Source of the DNA: Thermodesulfobacteriota bacterium
GTDB taxonomy: Bacteria > Desulfobacterota > Binatia > Bin18
Assembly (NCBI GenBank): GCA_964291405.2
Contig: OZ219926.1
Coordinates: 4,128,001 to 4,192,000 of the forward strand
DNA: 64,000 nt
Direction: 5' to 3'
Positions within the stretch are counted from its first letter, which is position 1. The number at the start of each line of letters is the position of its first letter. The translations under genes and the position numbers were made by a program. Positions 1-9,815 of the stretch are shown here, one piece after another. Under the pieces are notes generated by a model. The model was not told where the DNA came from. It did not search any database and was given only the letters and a program-made list of their open reading frames with translations.

Positions 1-1339
1 CGCCACCGTACCAGGCGCGGGGCGATTTTTCGTGGTCCTCAATAAACTGCATGGCCCAGGCTTTGGGAGCGCCGGTGACGGTCACGGCCCAGGTGTGGGC
101 CAAAAAGGCGTCGAGCGCGTCAAACTCTTCTCTGAGATAGCCCTCCACATGATCAACGGTATGGATCAGCCGGGAGTATATTTCGATTTGACGCCGCCCA
201 ATTACGCGGACGCTGCCCGGCTCACAAATGCGAGACTTGTCATTGCGGTCCACGTCCGTGCACATGGTCAGCTCGGACTCGTCTTTCTTTGAGGTCAGCA
301 GTTCAAGAATCCGGTCGGCATCGGTGATCGCGTCCTGCCCGCGGGCAATGGTGCCCGATATGGGGCAGGTCTCGACACGCCTGCCTTCAACCCGAACGTA
401 CATCTCGGGCGAGGCCCCCACCAAGTATTCGTCCTGTCCGAGGTTGATAAGAAAGCCGTACGGCGACGGGTTGCGTTCCCGGAGGCGTCGGAACAGTTCC
501 GCGGGCGAGGCCGTGCAGCCTTCAAAAAACGTTTGTCCGGGCACCACCTCAAACAGGTCTCCCTTTTTGAAGGCCTCTTTGGCCACGGTGACCCCCGTGG
601 CATACTCCCCCGGCTCGTGGTCGCAGCCTTGGTCCACCTGGGGGTTTCCCTGATACGCCTGGCTTTTGCCGGTGCGGGGTATGCCATGCGTCGAGTGTCC
701 GTCTACTTCAAATTCATAGCTGCGTCGCATCGCCCGCTCGCGTCGATGGTCAACCACGATCAGTTCGTCAGGGAGATAGAGTACCAGATCGCGCTGATCG
801 GCCGGACGTTCCAAACGCAGCCGTATCGGCTCAAACTGAAAGGCGAGGTCGTAACCAAACGCACCATACAGGCCCAGATGAGGCTCCGCGGTGCTATAAA
901 AGAGCTGCACCAGCACGCGCAGCACGGAAAAAAGCGACGCTTGCTGACTGCGCTGCTCCTCCGGGAAACGCTCACGCGTTGGTGTGACAGAGCCAATCAG
1001 GTCCTGCCCCTGGACCTCCAACGAGGTGACGGCGGAGAGCTGCTCGACCCCTGCGGTGATGGCCGGTAAGAGCAGGGCGCCGCGCTCGTTCAGGGCTGAC
1101 ACACAAAAATTCAAACCACGCCCTCCGATCGCCAGAGGCGGGTTGATAAAGCCCATATCCCAGCGGGTGTAGCGTCCGGGATATTCATAGCTTGAGGCAA
1201 ACAGGGCCCCCCGCTGGCTGTCGAGCGCGTCCAGAACGGGCTCGATGGTGTCTGCCGCAGGCAGGTCGTCAATCACTCGATGAACGGTGATCCCTCCACG
1301 GGTATGGTAATGGTCTGTGTGTTGGAGCAGGGATGTCAT
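1..1339 (-). CDS. trpE: Anthranilate synthase, TrpE(G)-type, runs off window edge
   Basis: Manual minus-strand translation from ATG at 1339: MTSLLQHTDHYHTRGGITVHR...RGALFASSYEYPGRYTRWDMGFINPPL, the N-terminal signature of fused TrpE(G); absent from ORF track because it is truncated by the edge. Confidence 0.9.
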   Translation of the reverse strand, partial: MTSLLQHTDHYHTRGGITVHRVIDDLPAADTIEPVLDALDSQRGALFASSYEYPGRYTRWDMGFINPPLAIGGRGLNFCVSALNERGALLLPAITAGVEQLSAVTSLEVQGQDLIGSVTPTRERFPEEQRSQQASLFSVLRVLVQLFYSTAEPHLGLYGAFGYDLAFQFEPIRLRLERPADQRDLVLYLPDELIVVDHRRERAMRRSYEFEVDGHSTHGIPRTGKSQAYQGNPQVDQGCDHEPGEYATGVTVAKEAFKKGDLFEVVPGQTFFEGCTASPAELFRRLRERNPSPYGFLINLGQDEYLVGASPEMYVRVEGRRVETCPISGTIARGQDAITDADRILELLTSKKDESELTMCTDVDRNDKSRICEPGSVRVIGRRQIEIYSRLIHTVDHVEGYLREEFDALDAFLAHTWAVTVTGAPKAWAMQFIEDHEKSPRAWYGG

Positions 1340-1418
1340 ACTGGCCTCACTATCCTCCGTTAATGGAGCCGGGCCTATACGAAAAAGGCCGCAACCTTGG
1401 GAGAGGCGGCGGCCTAGC

Positions 1419-1453
1419 AAAAGAAGAGCCGCCTCTCAGCGAAAAGGCGGCTC
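1419..1453 (-). terminator. trp attenuator terminator
   Basis: 9-bp stem GAGCCGCCT/AGGCGGCTC (1426-1434, 1445-1453) followed on the minus strand by TTCTTTT, between leader peptide and trpE. Confidence 0.85.
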
Positions 1454-1470
1454 CGATTTCAGTCGTTATC

Positions 1471-1551
1471 CTACGTCCGGGCCACCTCCTCAGGCAGCCA
1501 CCACCAATTCCGGCTATGCTGGAATAGATAATGGTTCGGACGACTCATCAT
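1471..1551 (-). CDS. trpL: trp operon leader peptide
   Basis: MMSRPNHYLFQHSRNWWWLPEEVART*, three tandem TGG codons upstream of the terminator and trpE. Confidence 0.88.
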   Translation of the reverse strand: MMSRPNHYLFQHSRNWWWLPEEVART

Positions 1552-1648
1552 AGATGAATCATTATACCTGGCGCGAACAAAAAGACAATTGCTCCTGAGA
1601 GCACTGGGTTATGAGACGTTTGCGCGCACGTTGTGGAAGGTCTAGGAC

Positions 1649-2226
1649 GTGAGTGAGAGGCAAACTATGACCGGGAGCCAAGTCTACCTTCGACCGCTGA
1701 CAGGCGAGGATGCGGCAGCCTTTGTGCCGTGGATCAACGATGCTGAGGTGACCCGCACCCTGGCCGTCGGAGCGGCGGTCATGGACAGACAAGCGGAGCA
1801 GACCTGGATTGAGAAGACGAATGCCAGTGGGCATGATGTGCTCTTCGGCATTGTCGTTCAGGGACCGACCAGCTTATAGGTTCGATCGGGCTAAATCAGA
1901 TCGACTTTCGACACCAGAGCGCCAGTCTGGGCATGATGATTGGCGAGAAAAGTATGTGGGGCAAAGGGTATGGAACGGAGGCGACAAGGCTGGTGGTGCG
2001 CTATGCTTTCGAAGAACTCCATTTGAATCGAGTCCAACTCCACGTGTACGAATATAATCTGCGCGGAATTCGCGTATACGAAAAAGTCGGTTTCCGGTGG
2101 GAAGGCGTGCTGCGACAGGAGCATGTGTACGCCGGTCATTTTTGGGACACGGTCGTCATGGCGATTCTGCGCGAGGAATGGGAGAAAGGACCAGCTTTGC
2201 CTGCGTCCGAGTCGAGCAAAACCTAA
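1649..2226 (+). pseudogene. RimJ/RimL-type GNAT N-acetyltransferase with 1-nt frameshift near 1861-1863
   Basis: ORFs 1649-1879 and 1933-2226 join into one GNAT if one G is added in the GGG run; restored GIVVQGTDQLIGSIGLNQID aligns with the neighbour's GIVAQETDSLIGFIGLNCID. Confidence 0.8.
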
Positions 2227-2228
2227 AA

Positions 2229-2331
2229 AATCCCCTCCTCGGAAGGGTGGCCGAATGCCGGAATGGGTTCCCCTAGTTAGCCAGACAAAACCCACCCCGC
2301 CGCTCGCGCGGCACCCCTCCCAAGAGGGGAT
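2229..2331. repeat. REP-like inverted doublet (family A)
   Basis: TCCCCTCCTCGGAAGGGTGGCCG..GGGTT and ACCCACCCCGCCGCT..CGGCACCCCTCCCAAGAGGGGA are inverted copies of each other; the same pair occurs at 43.0 kb. Confidence 0.8.
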
Positions 2332-2343
2332 ATGTAATGAGTA

Positions 2344-2883
2344 ATGCGCAACCCCTTCCGTATAGGCACAGACGTCTATCTCCGCCCGCTGGAGCCTGAG
2401 GATGTTCCCAGCCTGACCGACTGGACAACTCAGCCAGCAATACGGACTGCGTTAGACCTCTTTTACCGTCTCCTGGACCAGTCCGCCGTAGAGCTGTTTC
2501 TGGAACGCACCAAAAGTGACGCACACGATATTGCTCTTGGTATTGTCGCGCAGGAAACGGATAGCTTGATCGGCTTCATTGGTCTCAATTGCATTGACCA
2601 GGAAAATAGTCACGTCCAATTAGGATTTTTTCTCGGCAAGCAGAAGACAGACGGCGAGCGCTGTCTGTCTGAAGCCGTCGACCTGATGACACGCCATGTG
2701 TTTAAAGTCCTCGGTATGAACCGTCTGTGGCTGTACGTGGATGCCGCGGAAGTCCAGACCATCAACCTGCTGGAACAGCAGGACTTTGCCCATGAAGCAA
2801 CCCTGCGACAGGACCGCTGTCTGAACGGACGATATGCCGACACGGTCGTGATGGGGCAATTAAAGGGAGATGGGAGAGCCTAA
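2344..2883 (+). CDS. RimJ/RimL-type GNAT N-acetyltransferase
   Basis: VYLRPL...LIGFIGL...LGMNRLWL...EATLRQ...YADTVVM pattern. Confidence 0.85.
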   Translation: MRNPFRIGTDVYLRPLEPEDVPSLTDWTTQPAIRTALDLFYRLLDQSAVELFLERTKSDAHDIALGIVAQETDSLIGFIGLNCIDQENSHVQLGFFLGKQKTDGERCLSEAVDLMTRHVFKVLGMNRLWLYVDAAEVQTINLLEQQDFAHEATLRQDRCLNGRYADTVVMGQLKGDGRA

Positions 2884-2923
2884 CGTATAGGAGCAAGCTT
2901 CCCGCCCAGTATGTTTCGTCCTT

Positions 2924-4114
2924 TTATCCCTTCGGCAACCCCAACACCCGCTCACCCATGATATTCTTCTGAATCTCGCTCGTTCCGCCGGCAATCGTGT
3001 ACTGCCGGGCGCTGAGAACACGGTTAAACCAGCGCGGGGCGTCGGGGACGACGTCGGTCGCCTGCTCGGCAATGGCTGCACCGGCGAGGAGTTCGCTGGC
3101 AAACGTGGCAATATCGATACCCAACTCCGAGCCGCACAGCTTCAGCATGGAGCCTTCCGGGCCTGGGGGCAAACCCTTGAGCAGCTTGGTCAGGCCGCGT
3201 AAGCGGGTGTATTTCAGGGCCTGGCTTTCAATGTGAAATTGGGTCAGCTTCTGCCGTACCCAGGACTGTTCCCAGGCCGGGCTTCCGTCGACGTGAACCT
3301 GTTGGGACAGTTCCACCAAACGTCCAATCTGGTCGTCATAATTTGCGACTCCGGCATAGGCGCGCTCGAACATTAACGTCGTCATGGCGACCTTCCAGCC
3401 CTGATTGAGCGGGCCAACCAGGTTGGCTTTGGGCACACGTACATCCTCAAAAAACACTTCGTTGAAATGCGAATGGCCGTTCATCAGGACCAAGGGCCGA
3501 ACCGTCACGCCGGGGGTTTTCATATTGACCAGTATATAGCTGATGCCACGATGTTTGGGCGCGTCCGGGTCGGTCCGGACCAGCATGAAAATCCAGTCCG
3601 CGTACTGCGCGCCCGAGGTCCAGACCTTCTGGCCGTTAATGATGAAATCGTCTCCCTCGGCCACGGCCTTGGTTTGCAGGCCGGCCAGGTCCGAACCCGC
3701 GCCGGGCTCGGAATACCCCTGACACCAGACATCATCGCCGTTCAGTATCCGCTTGAGGAAGCGTCCCTTTTGTTCATCCGTGCCCCAGTGCATGAGCGTC
3801 GGACCGCACAGGGCAATGCCGGAGTAGCCGGGTAAGACCGGCGCGTGGGCGTTGGTGTATTCTTCGTCAAAAATGACCTGTTCCAGCAGACCGGCGCCGC
3901 GTCCGCCGTATTCTTTGGGCCAGGCAATACCGACCCAGCCGCTGGCGTACATGGTGCGCTGCCAGATACGGCGTTTTTCAAACGTTTCCCGGTCCGGGGC
4001 AACCCGCTCGTCTTTAGGGTCGTCGACACACAGAGCGGGGTCCAAATTCGTGGCCAACCAGCCGCGGACTTCAGCCCGAAGGGCGTCCTGTTCAGGCGTG
4101 TATTGAAAATCCAT
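2924..4114 (-). CDS. Acyl-CoA dehydrogenase
   Basis: WCQGYSEPGAGSDLA, NGQKVWTS, FNEVFF, IAGGTSEIQKN motifs. Confidence 0.95.
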   Translation of the reverse strand: MDFQYTPEQDALRAEVRGWLATNLDPALCVDDPKDERVAPDRETFEKRRIWQRTMYASGWVGIAWPKEYGGRGAGLLEQVIFDEEYTNAHAPVLPGYSGIALCGPTLMHWGTDEQKGRFLKRILNGDDVWCQGYSEPGAGSDLAGLQTKAVAEGDDFIINGQKVWTSGAQYADWIFMLVRTDPDAPKHRGISYILVNMKTPGVTVRPLVLMNGHSHFNEVFFEDVRVPKANLVGPLNQGWKVAMTTLMFERAYAGVANYDDQIGRLVELSQQVHVDGSPAWEQSWVRQKLTQFHIESQALKYTRLRGLTKLLKGLPPGPEGSMLKLCGSELGIDIATFASELLAGAAIAEQATDVVPDAPRWFNRVLSARQYTIAGGTSEIQKNIMGERVLGLPKG

Positions 4115-4147
4115 ATGCGTTCCCTCTTCGTTTTGTACTGAGGCCGT

Positions 4148-5188
4148 TTACGCTAGCGTCTTGAGGGCGGGCAAGACTTCTTCGCCCAGCCGTTGGATGC
4201 ATTCGATGATCTGCTCCGGCTTGGGCCCCATGGGTACCCGGCAGCGCAGCACGAAATGCTCGACTCCGAGTTCTTTTTGCCACAGGTCGAGGTGTTCGAG
4301 CCAGTCGTCTTTTGTGCCCATCACCAGATAGGGGCGGACTTTATCTAGGGTGAAATCCGCTTCTGAGCGGAAATCTTTGGTCGGCGTGAGCATGCCCATA
4401 CGCAGATAAAACTTGCACTCCTCAAGCCAGAGCCGGCCAAACGTCTCTTCGGCTTCTTCCATGCTGGAGGCCAGCCAGCCGTCCCGGAGTAGTGCCACAT
4501 GCGGCGTTTTCCCGGCCTTGATTGCCGCCTCCTGATAGATTTCCAGTTGGCCTTTGAGAGTATCAAAGGTGTCAAAAAACGGCGCCATCGACCAGACATC
4601 GCCCAAGCGCCCGGCCCGCGCGATGGACTTCGGGCCAAACGCGCCTATCCAAATGGGAGGGCGGGGTTTCTGGTAGGGTTTGGGCGTAATGTGGATCGCG
4701 TCGTAATCGTAATACCGGCCGTGGTGGGCAAGCGGCCCCGGTGTGGTCCAGGCCTTGTGCATGATGTCGAGACACTCTTCAAAGCGGCCCTCGCGTTGCC
4801 GAATCGATACGCCAAAATGGTTGAAGTAATCAATATGATAGCCCACGCCCACGCCCATGATGAGACGACCACGTGACAGAACATCAATCATGGCGGCCTG
4901 CTCGGCCAGATGGACCGGGTGATACAGGGGTGGCATGATGACGTAGGAGCCGATCTTGACACGCTCGGTGCGGGCGGCCAGCGCGGCCATGAGCGTCAGG
5001 GTCGAGGGAAACATGCATTCCGTGCGGGCGTGTCGTTCGGGCACAAACAGGGCGTCAAAGCCGGCCTGTTCTGCCTGCTCGGCCTCGTGCAGCAACTGCT
5101 GGGCAAAATCGGCCGAACGCTCCGGGTCGGGTTCTGGCTGTTGATACGGGCCACCGTGGGTATCGGGAACATAGCCGACCGAAATCAT
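4148..5188 (-). CDS. LLM-class flavin-dependent oxidoreductase
   Basis: AEQAGFD..F.PERH, HPVHLAEQAA.ID.LS.GRL, PKPYQKPRPPIWIG. Confidence 0.92.
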   Translation of the reverse strand: MISVGYVPDTHGGPYQQPEPDPERSADFAQQLLHEAEQAEQAGFDALFVPERHARTECMFPSTLTLMAALAARTERVKIGSYVIMPPLYHPVHLAEQAAMIDVLSRGRLIMGVGVGYHIDYFNHFGVSIRQREGRFEECLDIMHKAWTTPGPLAHHGRYYDYDAIHITPKPYQKPRPPIWIGAFGPKSIARAGRLGDVWSMAPFFDTFDTLKGQLEIYQEAAIKAGKTPHVALLRDGWLASSMEEAEETFGRLWLEECKFYLRMGMLTPTKDFRSEADFTLDKVRPYLVMGTKDDWLEHLDLWQKELGVEHFVLRCRVPMGPKPEQIIECIQRLGEEVLPALKTLA

Positions 5189-5359
5189 GCTGCCTCCTTA
5201 TGCCGTTCCGCCGCATTCGATGGAACGCTCAACTTTTATACGCGCTTGGTCTGGCAGACTCAATGCAAAGGGATTGGCTTGACCGGTGACAGTGGTGTCC
5301 AATAGGTAAGGGAAGGGCAGTGCGTATACACGTAGCATCTACCAAGGAAAGGGCGAGGT

Positions 5360-6031
5360 ATGATCAAACTCATGTCATTTTTTAAGCGGAAACCGGGCAT
5401 GTCGGTCGAAGCCTTCCAGGAGTACTGGCGGATGAAACACGCCGACGTGGTCGTCAAGCTGCCGGGCATTCAGCGCTATGTGCAGTCGCATACGCTGCTG
5501 TCCGGCTACCGCAAGGGAGAGCCGGTCTACGATGGCGTAGCCGAGGTGTGGGTCGAGGACACCCAGGTGCTGCGGGCCCAGGCCGATACGCCGGAATACG
5601 CCGCGGTTCGGGCTGACGAGCCGAATTTCATCGACCTCTCAACCATGGGCAGCATTATCACCCAGGAGCATACGATTAAGGCTGAGAGTGTCCCGGCCAA
5701 CGCGGTCAAGAATATGGAGTTTGTCACCCATCGGGCCGACCTGTCGATTGAGGCGTTTCAGCAGCACTGGCGGGAAGTCCACGGCCCGCTCGGTGCGGCC
5801 ATTCCGGTGGTCAGACGCTATGTGCAGAGCCATACCCGACTCTCCGCGTATCGGGCCGGAAAAACGCCCATCTATGACGGGGTGGCCATTACCTGGTTTG
5901 CTGACACGCAGGCTATGCGGACCTCAGCAAGTTTGCCCGAATACACGGCCACCCGGGCGGATGAAGCCAATTTCATTGATGGCACCAAACTGCCGTTTAT
6001 CATTACCCGCGAACACGTCATCGTAGGATAA
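5360..6031 (+). CDS. Tandem EthD-domain protein
   Basis: Two repeats of F..YW...H...P...RYVQSH...YDG.A..W. Confidence 0.9.
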   Translation: MIKLMSFFKRKPGMSVEAFQEYWRMKHADVVVKLPGIQRYVQSHTLLSGYRKGEPVYDGVAEVWVEDTQVLRAQADTPEYAAVRADEPNFIDLSTMGSIITQEHTIKAESVPANAVKNMEFVTHRADLSIEAFQQHWREVHGPLGAAIPVVRRYVQSHTRLSAYRAGKTPIYDGVAITWFADTQAMRTSASLPEYTATRADEANFIDGTKLPFIITREHVIVG

Positions 6032-6061
6032 GGGTGACATCGCAGGACCGATTTTTCACAG

Positions 6062-7321
6062 TTAGGGGGAGGCGCTGGTTTTTTGCTGTTTTTGGAGGGT
6101 AACCAGGGAGGCGAGTTTGCCAACGGGCGGCAGACCCCGGATGATCCGCCCGTTCACCACTAGGGTGGGCGTGGCTTCGATCTCAAGGCGGAGGGCCTCG
6201 TCAATATCGTTCTTGACCAGCGCCTCAGTACGCCCGTCATCCATACACGCGTTGAACTGCTCGAAATCCAATCGAGCGGTCCTGGCATGGGCGTCAAAGT
6301 CGGTCCGCTTGAATTTGGTTTGATCCGCAAACAAGAGGTCGGCATACTCCCAGAATTTTCCCTGTTCCGCCGCGCACTCGGCAGCCATTGACGCCGCACA
6401 AGCACCCGGATGAACTTGGCTCTTCATGCCGGTGTTACACTGCTGGTCAAGCGGATAGTGCCGAAACACGATGCGGACATCATCCGGGTTGGCATGCTGA
6501 AATTTCAGCAGAGTGTCTCGGGCTCTGGCACATTGTGGACAGCGGAAATCAACGAACTCGTGAATGGTGAGCACGGCGCCCGCGGGGCCCTCGACGTGCC
6601 GTTCCGACCCACGCAGCACGACGGCGGGCTGGTCGTAGTAATAGCGCACAAAACCCATGTCCATCTCTGCTGGAGGAGGCGCGAGATATTCCTGAAGGGG
6701 GGTGACGTGTGCGGCGTCCTCTGTCTGGGTCAGCCCGATGCCCAACAACACGACGGAAAAGCCCAGCGCGGCGTAAGCAAGCCGAGGGAGGGTCATCGTA
6801 TGGTCTGCCCGCCCCTGCACAACGGCACTCACGAAGAGGCCCAGGTTCACCAGATACAGAGCGGTACATAGGGGACAGACCGCTCCTATCGTGAAGAATG
6901 AAATCGCCGCCATATACAGCGAGAAGACAAACATCCAGCCACACAGCAGGGCGGTCAGCCCAGGCACTGCCAGGAACGTGCTAGCGAGGAGGATCGCATA
7001 GCTACCAGCGGCCAGGACGGCAACAGGAACCCCAAAGAGGGTGGCATAGGCGCTGCTCAAGACCAGGCTACAGTTGACCGTGGTCCCGGTGCCGCAAAAA
7101 GCCGATTCAATACTACCGCTTGCCCCCGCCTGATAGTGGAGGACCGAGAGGTAGACTCCGAGGACAAGGCCGAGCGCTCCAAAGACACGTATGGCGAGCG
7201 GTGGCCAACTGGGAGTGGAGCGTTCGGCGTGACGCGTTGTCTGTAAGGCCGGGTCGTGTGTGGCTGCCTTACGGCGGGCAGCTTTTGCTTTCTTTGCTGA
7301 CATGGGCTGAAGCATTACCAC
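6062..7321 (-). CDS. VKOR-DsbA/thioredoxin fusion
   Basis: VKOR loop cysteines (FC...NC..VL.S.Y), CPLC in membrane region, C-terminal DFRCPQC and cis-Pro ATPT. Confidence 0.92.
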   Translation of the reverse strand: MVMLQPMSAKKAKAARRKAATHDPALQTTRHAERSTPSWPPLAIRVFGALGLVLGVYLSVLHYQAGASGSIESAFCGTGTTVNCSLVLSSAYATLFGVPVAVLAAGSYAILLASTFLAVPGLTALLCGWMFVFSLYMAAISFFTIGAVCPLCTALYLVNLGLFVSAVVQGRADHTMTLPRLAYAALGFSVVLLGIGLTQTEDAAHVTPLQEYLAPPPAEMDMGFVRYYYDQPAVVLRGSERHVEGPAGAVLTIHEFVDFRCPQCARARDTLLKFQHANPDDVRIVFRHYPLDQQCNTGMKSQVHPGACAASMAAECAAEQGKFWEYADLLFADQTKFKRTDFDAHARTARLDFEQFNACMDDGRTEALVKNDIDEALRLEIEATPTLVVNGRIIRGLPPVGKLASLVTLQKQQKTSASP

Positions 7322-7419
7322 ACCCCTTTCTGAATCGCCAATAGGGGCAGGGTTGCCTTGCGCGACATGGGGAAAGCGGGTAGGGAGCGAACAGATCGCT
7401 GTGCGGAAAGGGAACGGGT

Positions 7420-7668
7420 ATGGAGACGGATGATCTTGGCTGGATTCCCCGCTCTGTTCGAGACAAGCTCGACCACGTCGGCATCAAACTCCATTTAAAG
7501 GAATGGCAGGCCTTCCCCCTGGAGGACCGTCAGGCATTGTGCGCTTTGTCCTACCAGACGGCGGTTGAAAAAAAGGCGTTCCTGGAACGCCTTGATGCCT
7601 TAGCCCTACAGCACTGCGGAGCGCTGCCGCGACGGCTGTCTCCAGACAGATTGGGTGGGAAAGACTAG
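7420..7668 (+). CDS. Short nitrate-reductase-associated (NarM-like) family protein
   Basis: IP..VR.KLD..GIKL.L..W..F..EDRQAL pattern. Confidence 0.65.
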   Translation: METDDLGWIPRSVRDKLDHVGIKLHLKEWQAFPLEDRQALCALSYQTAVEKKAFLERLDALALQHCGALPRRLSPDRLGGKD

Positions 7669-7696
7669 GGGCGACCGGCAAGTCACTCCCTATGGA

Positions 7697-8722
7697 TTAC
7701 TGCGTTGCCAGCATTTCCTCAATCAATTCGGCAAACGCCGAGTAGGGTTGCGAACCGGACAGAAAGCGACCGTTCACAAAAAAGGCCGGCGTTCCGCTCA
7801 CCCCAAGTTGGGTGCCGAGCGCCAGGTCCTTACTGACCGCCGCAGTATAGGCGTTATTGTCCAGGCAGGCCGCAAACTGTGCTGTGTCCAGTTTGAGGTC
7901 GGCGGCATATTGTTTCAGTTCCTCGGACTGTAAGGCTTTAATATTGGCGAACAGGATGTCGTGGTACTCCCAGTATTTGCCCTGATCTCCGGCACAGCGC
8001 GCCGCCTCTGCCGCTTTATAGGCCTGGGGATGGATCCGGGTTAACGGGAAATCCCGGAATACGAACTGGACTTTATCCTTGTATTTTTCCTGAATTTGGG
8101 AGAGTGCAGACTGCACTCGGGCACAGTACGGTCATTGATAGTCGGAGAACTCTACCAGCGTAATGGGCGCATCCTGTGGCCCTTTTGTGGGTGCTCCGGC
8201 GGTCGGAACGTCAACAATGGGCGGTGTCAGCTTAAAGTCGATCGTGGCGGCTTTGCGCAGTTCGGCGGCAAATGCCTGTTGGCGCTGTTGCTGCTTGCGG
8301 GCCTGGAGGGATTGTTTGAGCTGAGCTTGCACCTCCTCCAGTTTTTTCTCTCCAAACCGGGTTTTGTTCTTAGTATAGTAATTCTCGACCTCCGCGTCGC
8401 TGACCGGTTCTGTTTTGTCGGTCACTTCCTGCTGGCGGAGTTGTTGGCGGGTGATCCCCCGTTTCTTTGCTTCCTGCTCTTGCAGGTGTGCGTTGATGAT
8501 CGAGTCGACCGCTTGCTTTTTGAGCGAGTAGATTTGATTGTTCAAACGGAGCATCTGGCCTTTGATCTGGTTTTCAATCTCTGCCTCGGTAATGCTTCTC
8601 TCGCCGACCGTGGCCAGTACCGTGCCGGTGGCCTCGGCTCTGAGTAAGCCCGGAGCTAGCACAACTCCTGCTAGTAAAAAGGCCCGGACAAGGCCGAGGC
8701 TTTTCTGCCCGTGTGGTTTCAT
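7697..8722 (-). CDS. Exported SurA-N-like + DsbA/thioredoxin-fold selenoprotein (UPYC)
   Basis: ORFs 8132-8722 and 7697-8116 are in frame across a TGA at 8132-8134: VEFSDYQ-U-PYCARVQ; downstream SECIS-like hairpin; signal peptide; GTPAF cis-Pro loop. Confidence 0.9.
8102..8118 (-). promoter_or_regulatory. Putative bacterial SECIS element
   Basis: GAGTGCA-GTC-TGCACTC perfect 7-bp stem starting 13 nt after the in-frame TGA. Confidence 0.8.
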
Positions 8723-8955
8723 CGTTGCTCCTTCTCTGAGTTCTGCTAGCCAGTAAAGGTCAAAATAAGAAAGAAGAGCAGCAAGGGGGCGAGCATCCAG
8801 ATCAGAAAAACCACCCAGGCCGGTCCTTGTCCCTGATTTTCCATGTCATCTCCTCCAGCTGAAACGGTTTGATTTCAGGTTCCTACCATACGGAAAACCT
8901 CGCGCTGACTCAATGCGGTCGGTCGTGACGCAAGAGGGCGGTTCACGCATCGCCT

Positions 8956-9636
8956 CTATTGGGGCTGGTCGAAAAGGGACTGCCGGGTGATCCAGAACCG
9001 GATGAGGCTCCAGACAATAACAGCGACAAGCAGCAGGCCCCACGCAACGTGCCCAAGACGCTGGATAGAAACGAGGGCGGCGTCAATCTCGGCTCCAAAG
9101 GAATAGGCCAGCGTGAAAATGATCGGCACGTAGACGGCGATGGCAATCAGAGAAATTCGCACATAGATAGGCGTCGGCATCCCGTGGGCGCCAACAATAA
9201 TATGGGCGGGGAGGCGCAGGCCGGGCAGGAAGCGGGTCAAAAAAAGTGCCCGATTCCGATGCCGGTCAAGCCAGGTCTTAAATCGCTCGACCCATTTGCT
9301 GCGATGGAGAAAGGGAAACGCCGAACGCGGACTTCTGCCCCTCCAATGTCGTCCTACCCAAAAACCAACAAAATCGCCGCAAAAAACGCCAAGGCCGAGC
9401 AGCATGAGCATAGTGGTCAGCTGAACCTGGTCCGAGTAGTAGAGATAGCCGGCGGCAACGAGGGCAATTTCTTCGGCGAGCGGAATGAACCATATCCCCG
9501 CAATAAGCAGCAGAAAGATGGTGATATAGGGTGAGTACGTGAGGTAAGAAACCCAGTGATCAATAGCGGATGCTGAGAACAATTCAAACACGGGAGCAGA
9601 GACTTCCTTACAATGATACTGCCTGGCGCTCAACAA
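8956..9636 (-). CDS. DedA family membrane protein (start uncertain)
   Basis: P.AEE..L..AG, GD..GF..GR, RFLPGLR motifs. Confidence 0.88.
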   Translation of the reverse strand: MLSARQYHCKEVSAPVFELFSASAIDHWVSYLTYSPYITIFLLLIAGIWFIPLAEEIALVAAGYLYYSDQVQLTTMLMLLGLGVFCGDFVGFWVGRHWRGRSPRSAFPFLHRSKWVERFKTWLDRHRNRALFLTRFLPGLRLPAHIIVGAHGMPTPIYVRISLIAIAVYVPIIFTLAYSFGAEIDAALVSIQRLGHVAWGLLLVAVIVWSLIRFWITRQSLFDQPQ

Positions 9637-9815
9637 GAAAAACAGCGCGGCGCATTCCAGGAGAATGTAAGCCTTATTATACCGAGATCAAGTCCGGTGG
9701 AAGAGACCGAGGGCGAGACCACACTCCTCAACATCGTAACGGGGCATTATTCTTTCCTTCTCGGGCCGTTCTGCGTATATTGAAACCTGACTTCAGCAAT
9801 GCTGGAGGATGTAGA

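Noticed and set aside
1859-1866. Programmed frameshift in the GNAT gene
   Set aside because: No slippery heptamer or stimulatory structure seen; error or mutation is simpler
8132-8134. Genome-wide TGA reassignment (code 4 or 25) as explanation for the in-frame TGAs
   Set aside because: Many genes here end normally in TGA (e.g. 33723, 39522, 62986); read-through is needed only at redox-Cys positions with hairpins
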